From: Nanobdellota archaeon
GTDB lineage: Archaea; Nanobdellota; Nanobdellia; Woesearchaeales; JACQSR01
Length of the DNA: 64,000 nucleotides
Direction: 5' to 3'
NCBI GenBank assembly: GCA_042577505.1
Contig: JBHPEA010000001.1
Coordinates: 23,880-87,879 of the forward strand
In this document: positions 1 through 9,778 of the stretch, one piece after another
Layout of the letters: every line of letters begins with the position of its first letter
Numbering within the stretch: position 1 is the first letter of the stretch
The notes under the pieces: generated by a model
Database searches by the model: none
Seen by the model: only the letters and a program-made list of their open reading frames with translations
What the model was told of the DNA's origin: nothing
Position numbers and translations under genes: made by a program

Positions 1-159
1 TAAAAATGCTTTTGTTTCTAAAGTAGGATTTGTAATAGTATTTCTCATTTTGCTCAGAATAAAATGTGGTATTTATAAAGCTTTCGAACAATTAGTTACT
101 AGGAGGTAGTAAAATAATCATACACTTTCCAAACGTAAGAAAATAGAAAAAATGAAGAA

Positions 160-966
160 TTACTTCTTCAAAGGTTTCATGTCTTTCCATGCCATGTCAA
201 ATAATCCTTGTAATGCATTTGCAAAGAAAGGCGTATTAACCCAGACACCAATATCATAAGTTGGATGTACTTGAGCATCATCTAAAACCATAAACACAAG
301 CTCTTTTCCATCAACAATACAGAACCTAGCTTTTGAGTTTGTACTTCTAACTTCAGCAACTCCATTTAACTCTTGAGCAGAAGCCATATTTTCTTTTGTT
401 AATGGTGCTGCAATCTTAATCTTAACCCCTCTCTTTTTCATCTTTTCTAGGGTGGGTTTAAGACCTTCAACTTTCCTCATAAGACCTTGTGCTGTCGTCA
501 TAATTGTAATGCTGTTTTCAGCATTCTTCATTGTCAATTCAAGATGATTGTACAAATTATGTCGCCCAGTCAATGATCCACTAAGGTCAGAAGGTTCCAC
601 AAGTTCAATTCCCTGTGAATGTAGTGTATTCAATTCACCAATCACTTCTGTACTCTTTAAGTCATCTAATCTAGTAATCTTGTCTTTAGCATCCTCATGA
701 ACATTCTTTTTTACTCTTTCCACAACCTCCTGGGGTGGAACTGCAATATACTTTATTGGTTTACCTAGTTTCATTATAACGAAACCTTTCTTCTCTAATG
801 TCTCTAGAACATCATATGATCTACTTCTAGGTACATTCGCAATATCTGATAGTTCACCAGCGGTAGAAACTCCCCTAGACAGCAGTGCTGTCCATATCTT
901 AACCTCATATAGGTTCAACCCGAAATACCTTCTAAGCTTACTTAAAAACTCCTCTTTTACAATCAT
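160..966 (-). CDS. TrmB-family archaeal sugar-responsive transcriptional regulator
   Basis: N-terminal wHTH (…YEVKIWTALLSRGVSTAGELSDIANVPRSRSYDVLETLEKKGFV…) and C-terminal effector domain, both typical of TrmB. Confidence 0.6.
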   Translation of the reverse strand: MIVKEEFLSKLRRYFGLNLYEVKIWTALLSRGVSTAGELSDIANVPRSRSYDVLETLEKKGFVIMKLGKPIKYIAVPPQEVVERVKKNVHEDAKDKITRLDDLKSTEVIGELNTLHSQGIELVEPSDLSGSLTGRHNLYNHLELTMKNAENSITIMTTAQGLMRKVEGLKPTLEKMKKRGVKIKIAAPLTKENMASAQELNGVAEVRSTNSKARFCIVDGKELVFMVLDDAQVHPTYDIGVWVNTPFFANALQGLFDMAWKDMKPLKK

Positions 967-1201
967 CTTAAACCCCCCTTAGTATTGTTTAATTGGTGAA
1001 TAACGTGCTAGTAAAAACACCTTCACCCCCGTTTAGCCCTATTAGGCCATAGTAATGATCTGTATTTACTTCAAAATGATACACTGCGTAAGTAATAGAA
1101 TACAACTTATATTTAAACTTTTCCAGAATTTCCTTGTGATCACTCCTCTTTACAATTAATCCGTTTAAAAGAATTTGTATTATCGAGAAAATAATTGGTG
1201 T

Positions 1202-1272
1202 GTACGCTCCTCAGTTACTTCCGTATATCATCGCCTCTCGGCTCATCTGGTGTTCACTAAGTCATTGCGTAC
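1202..1272. repeat. 71-nt conserved element, copy A; terminal 6-bp stem GTACGC/GCGTAC; candidate structured ncRNA or small inverted-repeat-ended element
   Basis: Identical 60-nt core to copy B at 2994-3064; terminal inverted repeat seen in sequence. Confidence 0.5.
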
Positions 1273-1355
1273 TTAGTAATGTTATGTATGTTTATTTATA
1301 AATTTTGACGATATTTATAGAAACTAATTTATAATTCAATTTAAATTTATCACAA

Positions 1356-2960
1356 ATGGCAAAAGCTAAGGGTATAGACAATGTATCAAAAATCATTTTT
1401 TTATCTGCAGCAGTTTTATTATTAATAGCTATTTGGTTTATTTCTGATTCGGATGATTCCGTAGGTAATGCATCAAGATTTAATAGAGCATATAATACAC
1501 CAAAAGCTTCGATATGGAATTCTCCTGAATGTGTCATCCAGCCAGGTGATAATACTTGTACAACTACAATCTTTTGGGAATCAGAAAATATTGACCACAA
1601 TTACATAAAGATCTATCTAAAGGAAACCGGTCAAGAGTTTCATTGTGGCCCTTCAAATTCTCCTGGCAGCATGGATGCACCTTGGATAACTGAAAATGGA
1701 TTCACCTTTCAATTGTACCCTGTGAAATCTTGTGATGAACATTATTATGGTAAACCTTTGACCTCAAGTTTAGTGTATGGAAAAAAAGCAGAGAATAAAT
1801 GCGACGTTAAAAGTATAGAAATGATTGGTGAAGGCGCGTTTCCAAGGTGGTCTTATGATGGGACTAAAATAACATTTACAAAAGAAGTAGATAATCAGTT
1901 TGAAGTTTTTATTATGGATGCAGACGGGAGCAATGCACAATGTCTTACTTGTGGCAAAGTTGCTTTAATTGGAACAAGACATAGGGGACAATCATCATGG
2001 CATCCTTCTGGAGAATACATTACATTTTCAGCTGAAACAAAAAAATATCGTAGAAAAGGGGATGGCACTACAACAAGACCCGGTTTAGGACGAAACCACG
2101 ATATTTGGATTATGAAATCAGATGGTACTAAGTTCAATAGAGTAACAGACTATGGAGATAATTGGGGGGCAATAGAACCTCACTTCTCTCATGATGGTAA
2201 AATGATTCATTGGGATGAAGAATTTATGATGGAAGAATGGCCGAACGGAAAAATTGGCGATTGTTGCGGAGAGGTATGTTGTGAGAGACACCCCTTCCTC
2301 GAAAACTGCAATCCTTTAGACTATGCTTGTGCGGATGCATTCCCTAGTCGCCATCCTGGTTGCTATTGGGGGCCCCTTACTTTTATTTATAGACAAGGCG
2401 AAGAACTTTGTACTTGGAGAATTAGATATGCAGACTTCTCAGTAGGTCCAAGAGGGTTTGCAACAATATCAAACATAAGAACGCTTCCCCCCCCATCAGG
2501 ATTTACTTTGATCGAATCAAATGGATTTACCCCGCAAAATGAGGGATTTACTGCAAGCTATGCGGATCTAGATCAATATAATGGCGATGGCAGACACGGA
2601 GATGTCTATATTCATTACAAAAATGGTATGATGAAACAGTTAACTCAAACTCCCGAGCCTGATGAAGATCCTGTTATGTCGCCAGATGGGAAATTGATTG
2701 CATGGAAATATTGCACTGAATATCCCTGTGAAGGTCCAGGTGATGATCAAGTTTACTTAATGGATTCGGACGGTAATAATATCAGGCAGTTAACATCATT
2801 TTCTCATCAAGATGACAAACAAATTACAGAAATATCTTGGAAGAGAGATGGTACTGCTTTAGCACTCGGACATGTAATCAGTGAAGAGGTAATGGGGCCC
2901 CACATACCTTCAGATATTTACATATTAACCTTCAAAGGCAATTGCGGAAATTCTAATTAA
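1356..2960 (+). CDS. Secreted or anchored TolB-like PD40 beta-propeller repeat protein
   Basis: N-terminal TM/signal (IIFLSAAVLLLIAIWF); repeated motifs WSYDGTKITF, DADGSNAQCLT, MSPDGKLIAW, YLMDSDGNNIRQLT typical of PD40/TolB blades; higher GC than neighbours. Confidence 0.55.
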   Translation: MAKAKGIDNVSKIIFLSAAVLLLIAIWFISDSDDSVGNASRFNRAYNTPKASIWNSPECVIQPGDNTCTTTIFWESENIDHNYIKIYLKETGQEFHCGPSNSPGSMDAPWITENGFTFQLYPVKSCDEHYYGKPLTSSLVYGKKAENKCDVKSIEMIGEGAFPRWSYDGTKITFTKEVDNQFEVFIMDADGSNAQCLTCGKVALIGTRHRGQSSWHPSGEYITFSAETKKYRRKGDGTTTRPGLGRNHDIWIMKSDGTKFNRVTDYGDNWGAIEPHFSHDGKMIHWDEEFMMEEWPNGKIGDCCGEVCCERHPFLENCNPLDYACADAFPSRHPGCYWGPLTFIYRQGEELCTWRIRYADFSVGPRGFATISNIRTLPPPSGFTLIESNGFTPQNEGFTASYADLDQYNGDGRHGDVYIHYKNGMMKQLTQTPEPDEDPVMSPDGKLIAWKYCTEYPCEGPGDDQVYLMDSDGNNIRQLTSFSHQDDKQITEISWKRDGTALALGHVISEEVMGPHIPSDIYILTFKGNCGNSN

Positions 2961-2993
2961 GATAGATTAAAGAAAACATTTGTATGATAAAGT

Positions 2994-3064
2994 GTATGCT
3001 CCTCAGTTACTTCCGTATATCATCGCCTCTCGGCTCATCTGGTGTTCACTAAGTCATAGCATAC
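2994..3064. repeat. 71-nt conserved element, copy B; terminal 7-bp stem GTATGCT/AGCATAC
   Basis: Same 60-nt core as copy A; stem differs by a compensatory C-G to T-A change plus an extra closing pair. Confidence 0.5.
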
Positions 3065-3146
3065 AGTGTTTTTAATTGATTTGAAGTTATAAATATTCCT
3101 ATTAGAAATGGTAAAGTTATTAAATATATAATTAAGGGAATGAAAT

Positions 3147-3581
3147 ATGGGTGTTCGTGACTGGCCTTTTTGGTCATGGGTCTATGGTTTCACACCATGG
3201 GGCAAAGAAGCTATTGAAACAGAAGGAGAAGTAATTAGAATTCACAAAGGACTTCTAAAATTAATGAGGGAAGAGAGAGAACAATTTCGAGTTATTGTTG
3301 GGATTTTGAAGGATGCAAACTTTTCAAAAAGAGTAATAGAGAATGTCGATGAGTTTATCACTGCAATTGAAGGTGAAAGGTTATTATCAAAAAGAAGAAC
3401 TATGTTGATTGAGTTAAGAGATTTTTTACTCAGTAGAAAAAATCAGGTAACTTTACTTCCAGAACATACAAGAAGAAGGTTAATGGAAGAATTCCGAATA
3501 ATTAGATCGCTAATTGAGGAACAAGCAAATTTCATACACGCATTAAATATTGATTACACAAAACTACCAAGAGTGGATTAG
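3147..3581 (+). CDS. Hypothetical protein
   Basis: 144-aa ORF, no recognisable motifs. Confidence 0.3.
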   Translation: MGVRDWPFWSWVYGFTPWGKEAIETEGEVIRIHKGLLKLMREEREQFRVIVGILKDANFSKRVIENVDEFITAIEGERLLSKRRTMLIELRDFLLSRKNQVTLLPEHTRRRLMEEFRIIRSLIEEQANFIHALNIDYTKLPRVD

Positions 3582-3584
3582 CTT

Positions 3585-3848
3585 TTAAATAATATCTTCT
3601 TCAGCAATAACCATGAAGTCACCGATTGCAATTACTGCAGAAAAGGGAATCAACAATTTTCCATCCTTGCTTTTTTCTAAATCAAGCTTTTCACAGTAAG
3701 ATGTTGGGTTTTTCAGAACTAAATTAATCAGTTCTCCACTCCTTGTCTCGAATACAAGGTCACCTAATTCACCAAATCTTTTCCCAGCTTTACTTACTAC
3801 CGTCTTTCCCATCAGGGTTTTAGAGAACTTTTTATCGTCTTCAGCCAT
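3585..3848 (-). CDS. PRC-barrel domain protein
   Basis: 87 aa; pattern GKTVVSKAGKRFGELGDLVFETRSGELINLVL typical of small archaeal PRC-barrel proteins. Confidence 0.5.
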   Translation of the reverse strand: MAEDDKKFSKTLMGKTVVSKAGKRFGELGDLVFETRSGELINLVLKNPTSYCEKLDLEKSKDGKLLIPFSAVIAIGDFMVIAEEDII

Positions 3849-3970
3849 GATATTACCCTCACACTATGATATACTAATATACGAATAATGGGATGGGTAA
3901 TATATAAAGTTTTTGATTTGAGAAGAAAAATAGAATATATATCGGTTTAAATATATTGAAAAAAAAGAAT

Positions 3971-4894
3971 CTAGCCAGCAGTACACCGACCAACTCCAAG
4001 TCTACCACTAGCGCAAGCACAACAACCACCACAAGTACCCGATTCAAGGCAGGCATTACATTGCCAGGGAGTTGAGGGTGGATTTGATCCCGAACATACA
4101 GGATGATTATCTCCACTATACTCATTTACTGAACATCCGCCACACGGTTCATCACAAGCATCCCCAAATCCATCTCCATCAGAATCTCTTTGATTTGGAT
4201 TATAAGTTGCCACACAATTATCTACATCGTTGCACTCACCATCTCCATCAAAATCTTCGCAATCATCAGAACAAACTTGTCCTTGGAATTCACAATCACC
4301 CTTCCCGACTGCATAAACCTCCCTACAAATTCCAGGTGTCCCTCCCTGACATTCGAAATGTCTACATTTACTATCTATTCCTTTCTTACATTTAACATCT
4401 CCGGGTTCTAGAGGGCCCTGTTTTACTTTACAAAAGCCATCCTGACAAACATAATTCACTTCCAACTTTTCACAAGCATTCCTGCCTTTTGGACATCCCC
4501 ATCCAAGTCCATAAAGTTGAGAACAACTTACTTTTCGAGTCCTTATTCTATAACAAGCACCCGACTCACAAACCTGTTGAACAAACCTTTCTTTAAGTGT
4601 ATCACCATTTCTCCTACACTTATCAACTTTCGGATCTCCCATCGCATTTCCTTTTTTATCAAAAAGAATCACTGAAGAACCTTGTTTGTAATTTTCCCCA
4701 CCATCAGGTTCGTCATAACTCCAGCCTAACCGAGCTGCAACCACTGCATCCCCAACAACATCCATATTATCAGTTGCATATAAAATCACAAAGATTAGTA
4801 TTAATAGAGCACCAATAGATCCCAAGATTATTGAATTCTTATTTGTTTTTTTAATTCTCCTGGCCTTCTTAACTTTTTTTGCCATAATAAGCAC
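3971..4894 (-). CDS. Secreted Cys-rich protein with calcium-binding DxDxDG (TSP3-like) repeats
   Basis: N-terminal basic region plus TM anchor; very Cys-rich; DSDGDGFGDACD and DFDGDGECNDVDNC motifs. Confidence 0.5.
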   Translation of the reverse strand: MLIMAKKVKKARRIKKTNKNSIILGSIGALLILIFVILYATDNMDVVGDAVVAARLGWSYDEPDGGENYKQGSSVILFDKKGNAMGDPKVDKCRRNGDTLKERFVQQVCESGACYRIRTRKVSCSQLYGLGWGCPKGRNACEKLEVNYVCQDGFCKVKQGPLEPGDVKCKKGIDSKCRHFECQGGTPGICREVYAVGKGDCEFQGQVCSDDCEDFDGDGECNDVDNCVATYNPNQRDSDGDGFGDACDEPCGGCSVNEYSGDNHPVCSGSNPPSTPWQCNACLESGTCGGCCACASGRLGVGRCTAG

Positions 4895-5006
4895 CTCTTT
4901 TTACTTACTCCAGGATTTTTAATATAAATATCTTTTGTAAACAGTATAATTCTTTTTTCATTAAAATTACGTGCTGTTAGGAAATCGTAATTTAAGTTGG
5001 AATGTT

Positions 5007-7043
5007 TCAACCGCAGACATTAGGCCTGTATATTGGTGCTATTCCCTTATTGATTTCATAATTTCCATCTTCAAGACTCATCATATGAAATTCTCCTGGA
5101 GGGTGTTCTTGGGGGGACCAAGTATAAAATACCCAACCATCGAAACCAAAATCACATGAATCAGTTATCCATTGACTAGCACGACTTCTCGCTTCATCTA
5201 TTGTATCACAAGTGACAAAAAAATACCCAAATTCCTGCATAAAAAGTGGTTTATCTAGTCTTCCAGTGTATCCATAATCTCTAATAACTGTTTCAAAGTC
5301 ACCTTCTTGACTGTCTGCAAAATCCTGATACATTGATAGGCTTAAAAAATCTAAATTACTATCGTAAAGGGTGGAAAGTGGCGGAATTCCAATTGTATTT
5401 GGATCAGGGAATTCATTATAATAAAAACCTAGTGTAACAAAAGCATTTTCATCAGTTTCTCTTATTACTCCTGCAATTTCATCAATAAGATATCTAAGAT
5501 TGTCTTCCATCATTCGTTCTTTTTCACCCTCAATAGACATGTCATATGTACCTGCAGCTGTAGGAACTGGTCCAGAAAGAGTAAATGGTTTTTCATTCTC
5601 ATGGAATGCTATTTCATTTTCTAAGCTGTATGCAAAGATTGCATCTAGGGGTGCATTTATCATTTTAAGATTATTTATAAAATCTCTAGTCATATCTTTT
5701 CTAGCTCGTATACATTCATCTAATAAAAAATTTGCATTATAATGGTCAATATATTCTGGATTAGAGTTCCAGTATTCTTCATAATCCCAATATTCAAAAG
5801 GTAAATAATCTCGGAACACCAGTATTGCTCCGATATCATTTTGTTTACACAATCGTAAGAAATCAGCTACATTTTCCATATATTGGGGGCCCATCCCTGG
5901 TTCACTAGTGTGAATAGAAGGGTGACCGTTTAAAAAAACTCTAATTGTGTTATAACCAAAGAATTTCATTTTTTGTAGAACTGATGACATATGATCTGAA
6001 TCATAATAGCCAACATCGAAAACAGCATGTCCCCAGTTTGGATCTCTATCCCCCCAAGGAGGTACTAACCAACCAAATTGAGGATAGTGTGAACCCCTAG
6101 GATAAAATATTTCTTGGTTGATTTGATCGTAGAAATATCCGTCATAATCTGGTGTTTGTTTGATAATAATGCCGTCTGGTCTTGATGTTGTTGCACCTAT
6201 TGTGACTTGTCCAATTGGTTCATTTCCAGATACATCTTCATCACAATCAAGAGCAGGAATAACTTTGAATGTTAGTTCATTTCGATTTATGTAATCAAAT
6301 TCTTGAGAAGTTCTTACCCAATAATCATCAGAATCTGGGTCATAAATATTTGAAAGACTACATTTCATAAGTTGTGAAGTACCAGTAATATCTTCTACAT
6401 AAACCTGCACTCTTGGTTGTGGAACATTTTCTGAGCTCCAGAATATTGTAGTGCTACAATACTCTTCACTAGGTTTTATTACACATGAAGAGGGATAAGC
6501 CCAAATATTAGCACTACCTTGTTGTTCTCCCCAAACAGTAATTGAATGAATAGCAGGTCCATGTTGAACACAATCAGGTGATGCATGAATAGAGAAAGTC
6601 AAATCTCCTGTACCTATCCAAGGGATTGAAATGCTTGGAATTACAGGGGAAGTTCTATGATTCATACCTGAGTCACTACAATTTACTATCACTCCTTCAG
6701 GTAATTGCTCATAGCTTACTTTTATTACAACATTTGGTTGTCGTAAAATTTTACTTGACACCCAACTGATAGTTGTTGTACAAGTATCACTACCAGGAGT
6801 AATGGTGCAGGGATTTGGTGTAGCCCACACAAAAGCTAACAAATTTGTATCAATCATACCATCACAATTATTGTCTATTCCATCATTTTCATCTTCAACA
6901 GCACCTGGATTGACATCTGGATTCCCTTCATCACAATCTTCTGGCGGAACAAATCCATCACCATCTCGGTCAGAAACGCAGCTTGATATTAAAATTGCAA
7001 TAATTAGCAAGATAAATGTTGAAAAATGCACCCTTTTTTTCAT
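5007..7043 (-). CDS. Secreted glycoside hydrolase-like protein (TIM-barrel, GH5-like) with N-terminal MopE-like Cys/Asp-rich metal-binding module
   Basis: Start chosen at internal MKKRVHFSTFILLIIAILISSC (signal peptide plus Cys) rather than the ORF-track start at 7106; motif DCDEGNPDVNPGAVEDENDGIDNNCDG; C-terminal NTIRVF…LENEIAF GH-like region; TATA-like aaaattatatatac about 30 nt upstream. Confidence 0.45.
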   Translation of the reverse strand: MKKRVHFSTFILLIIAILISSCVSDRDGDGFVPPEDCDEGNPDVNPGAVEDENDGIDNNCDGMIDTNLLAFVWATPNPCTITPGSDTCTTTISWVSSKILRQPNVVIKVSYEQLPEGVIVNCSDSGMNHRTSPVIPSISIPWIGTGDLTFSIHASPDCVQHGPAIHSITVWGEQQGSANIWAYPSSCVIKPSEEYCSTTIFWSSENVPQPRVQVYVEDITGTSQLMKCSLSNIYDPDSDDYWVRTSQEFDYINRNELTFKVIPALDCDEDVSGNEPIGQVTIGATTSRPDGIIIKQTPDYDGYFYDQINQEIFYPRGSHYPQFGWLVPPWGDRDPNWGHAVFDVGYYDSDHMSSVLQKMKFFGYNTIRVFLNGHPSIHTSEPGMGPQYMENVADFLRLCKQNDIGAILVFRDYLPFEYWDYEEYWNSNPEYIDHYNANFLLDECIRARKDMTRDFINNLKMINAPLDAIFAYSLENEIAFHENEKPFTLSGPVPTAAGTYDMSIEGEKERMMEDNLRYLIDEIAGVIRETDENAFVTLGFYYNEFPDPNTIGIPPLSTLYDSNLDFLSLSMYQDFADSQEGDFETVIRDYGYTGRLDKPLFMQEFGYFFVTCDTIDEARSRASQWITDSCDFGFDGWVFYTWSPQEHPPGEFHMMSLEDGNYEINKGIAPIYRPNVCG

Positions 7044-7113
7044 GTTGTGAATTTTCCAATAGAAGTATATATAATTTTCCTTTAAACGACGAAAAAATGT
7101 ATACAATTTAGTT

Positions 7114-7956
7114 TTAATTTAGATCTGCACAAAGATCTTTAAGGTAAGATTCGTTGTAACATCGTTCTCTTAATCCACAACTCTTACACTTAGAAGAAGA
7201 TTTCAATATTGGTGGTAAATCTTTACTCTTTTTCAGATCATTTACTTTCAAAATTAAATCTTTAATCTCATCCCTTAAAAAAACATTAAATGCAATCTTC
7301 CTTCTATCATTAATATCAAGATATGTAATGTACCCTTCTTCAACTGGATGACCGAATTTCTCCTCCATTAATAAACCATAAGTTCCAATCTGTATTTTAT
7401 GCCCTGGCCAAACACCACTCAATGGAGCACTTCCAGTTTTCAACTCAACAGGGATTTTCTTATCGTGATAAACTTCAATTTGATCAATAATCCCACGAAC
7501 ACCCAATGTCTTTGAACTAACACTTAACTCAGAAAGAATTTTTGGAGTTAATTTCTCCCAAAGTTCATCCCCAAATATCTTCTCTTTCTTAATAAAATTG
7601 TAAATATTCAAGGCCCTTTGTCTACTCTCAAACATTATATAATGTAAATTCTGAGTAAAAACCTGATCATTAGTAAGATTTACACTGAGAATCCTATTTT
7701 CATTATTACCAACAACCTCTCTTAGTATTTTCAAATGAACTTTCTTATAAATAGTTTGTATATCTGAAAAAAAACCAGTTGGTTTAAGGGATTTTACAAC
7801 ATTTTCCTCAATTTTATTTATCCCATCATAACACGCATGTCGAACAGTCCCCAATACAAGCGCTTCTTTCGGAGGCTCCTCTAATTTCAATACATATTGT
7901 AAATACAACTTACGTGGACAATATAAATACCCAGAAAGTTGTGAAACCGAAATCAT
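7114..7956 (-). CDS. Cas4-family (DUF83) PD-(D/E)xK exonuclease, stand-alone
   Basis: N-terminal YCPRKLYL Cys; RecB motifs IIDQIE…ELK and QIGTYGLL (QhxxY); C-terminal CKSCGLRERC three-Cys cluster for Fe-S. Confidence 0.6.
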   Translation of the reverse strand: MISVSQLSGYLYCPRKLYLQYVLKLEEPPKEALVLGTVRHACYDGINKIEENVVKSLKPTGFFSDIQTIYKKVHLKILREVVGNNENRILSVNLTNDQVFTQNLHYIMFESRQRALNIYNFIKKEKIFGDELWEKLTPKILSELSVSSKTLGVRGIIDQIEVYHDKKIPVELKTGSAPLSGVWPGHKIQIGTYGLLMEEKFGHPVEEGYITYLDINDRRKIAFNVFLRDEIKDLILKVNDLKKSKDLPPILKSSSKCKSCGLRERCYNESYLKDLCADLN

Positions 7957-8047
7957 AAATTTAGAATGTTTTTTGGATTTATATGGTTTGCGTCCAGATG
8001 ACCAGTGGTTTTATTCTACTTTTATTGCAATTTGGTCAATGACACGT

Positions 8048-9700
8048 TTAAGAATTAATTGATTCAATATACTCACTGATTTCCTTTACAGCAAAATATG
8101 CTGCTTTTTCACGGTGACCATCTTCTTGATGTGTCATAATTCCACTATGTTCAAAACCATCCGGACAATAATCTGCTGCACGATCGAGTCCTTTATATGT
8201 TGAAACGTGTTTAGCCCCCACATTCGCAAGACAAACGTAAACATCATTTAAGATTCGGGCATGTTCTTCTTCACTTGAATTCCAATAAGGACAATGATGC
8301 CATAATGTACCATTGATTTCTGCTCCTATTTGTGCAGAACTTACATGTATAGGTATTGAGCCACCATTAGGATGGGAAGACACTTTTTCTTTAACCATCT
8401 GAAATGCATCTACTATATCCTCTTCAGTGAGACCAAAGTTGTGAACTGTTATGGCATCGAAATTTCCATCATCAAGAACCTCATCTAAAAATGGTTCGCC
8501 AAAATTAGTGAAATGCCAGTATGGCATTAGATGAGCATAAGCCTCGTCTATAGCCAATGCAATTATAACTTCTGGTGCAACTACTTCAGCAGTAGGATCT
8601 AATTCTTTAACAGTGTCATAAAGTATATTCAACCTGTCCTTATAGTTAACGGGGGACAAAGGATCCATTCTCTCAACATTATAACCCCTATAATCATTGG
8701 GACCACGCCATGACATACCTGGTTCGCTATTCATCTCCCAGACGTCAACAGCATATCCATACCTCGTTACCATACCCTCAACAACTTCTAACCAATACTC
8801 ATCACTTTCTGGATAATAAAACACCCAACGTTCTGTGGGTGGGTTATCTTGTGCTGGGGGTGAGTTTGCACATTGTTCTCCGGTGGGATTTCTTACACAA
8901 GGATCACTAGAAGCCCATTTAGGAGTTCTCAAAAGACTAGCCCTGATTTTAAAATCGTGATCCCTCTCATTTTCTACCCTTTTTATGGTGTCAAAAAAAT
9001 TATCATAATGATCCCAATTTGGAAAATCGGGTGGTCTTGTATCAGTATCACCATAAGCTGTTAACTTAACCTGATTTATATCAAATCTAAGAACCTTAAC
9101 ATTTGCATCTACTAGTTTGTTAAGAACACTATAATAACTTTCAGGTATCATTTTTAACCAATTTACTTCTATCCCCAAAAAGTCTTCTGAAACTTCAACC
9201 ATTGGCCCTCCACCTAATTCGGATGGGAGTGAACATGTTGGTGTGATAGGTTGAGGATCTTGCCTAACAATTTCAACATTATCAAGGAATATACGTCTAC
9301 CTGAATTACCTGGCTCGCAATTAGTAGCAATGTACAAAGTTAAAATAGTGGGATCTATAATGTCCCAAGTTTCTACCTCTCCTGAACCTGATCTTTCCTT
9401 TGTACAAGAGACTACTTGGTCACCAACCATAACCTTTGCATGATATCTTCCAATTCTATTCCAATTCCATCTAACAGTTGTAACGCAAGTAGGATTTCCT
9501 ATACAAGGATCTGCAGTAATTTCTCCAATCCTTCTTCCAAATGCTTGACCTACAAGATTATCATCAAAATCATTTTGTTGATTGATTATTGCAGCAGTGA
9601 GTAAAAGTCCAAGAGCGCCAACAATTGCAAACATAGCATAAAGTGGTGTAAGGTATTTTTTTGTTTGACTATTTTTTCTCAATAACCTTTTTTTAGACAT
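8048..9700 (-). CDS. Membrane-anchored secreted glycoside hydrolase-like (TIM-barrel) protein
   Basis: N-terminal TM (LYAMFAIVGALGLLLTAAII); VWEMNSEPG resembles the GH clan-A catalytic NEP motif; Trp/Tyr-rich. Confidence 0.35.
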   Translation of the reverse strand: MSKKRLLRKNSQTKKYLTPLYAMFAIVGALGLLLTAAIINQQNDFDDNLVGQAFGRRIGEITADPCIGNPTCVTTVRWNWNRIGRYHAKVMVGDQVVSCTKERSGSGEVETWDIIDPTILTLYIATNCEPGNSGRRIFLDNVEIVRQDPQPITPTCSLPSELGGGPMVEVSEDFLGIEVNWLKMIPESYYSVLNKLVDANVKVLRFDINQVKLTAYGDTDTRPPDFPNWDHYDNFFDTIKRVENERDHDFKIRASLLRTPKWASSDPCVRNPTGEQCANSPPAQDNPPTERWVFYYPESDEYWLEVVEGMVTRYGYAVDVWEMNSEPGMSWRGPNDYRGYNVERMDPLSPVNYKDRLNILYDTVKELDPTAEVVAPEVIIALAIDEAYAHLMPYWHFTNFGEPFLDEVLDDGNFDAITVHNFGLTEEDIVDAFQMVKEKVSSHPNGGSIPIHVSSAQIGAEINGTLWHHCPYWNSSEEEHARILNDVYVCLANVGAKHVSTYKGLDRAADYCPDGFEHSGIMTHQEDGHREKAAYFAVKEISEYIESINS

Positions 9701-9778
9701 TTATCTCTTACTTGAAAAAAGAATATATAAATATTTGTAAGAAGTCTGTCTTCTTATAGGGATGATTTTTTGGGATTG

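Noticed and set aside
1202-1272. 71-nt repeat interpreted as a tRNA or a canonical C/D-box sRNA
   Set aside because: The 7-bp terminal stem is acceptor-like but there is no D or T arm and no GTTC-type T-loop. On the reverse strand a CUGA is positioned like a D box, but no RUGAUGA C box follows the 5' stem, so neither class fits cleanly.
1292-2137. Minus-strand ORFs 1292-1600 and 1895-2137 from the six-frame track
   Set aside because: They lie fully inside or across the TolB-like gene and the repeat region, have no motifs, and are antisense shadows.
4072-4818. Plus-strand small ORFs (4072-4395, 4190-4411, 4597-4818) and the minus-strand ORF 3874-4125
   Set aside because: They are antisense or overlapping shadows of the Cys-rich gene 3971-4894, with His/Leu-rich low-complexity translations typical of the reverse frame of Cys/Asp-rich coding sequence.
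7114-7956. Possibility of a CRISPR-Cas locus because of the Cas4-family gene
   Set aside because: There is no repeat-spacer array and no cas1, cas2 or effector genes anywhere in the 64 kb. I treated it as a stand-alone DUF83/Cas4-like nuclease.
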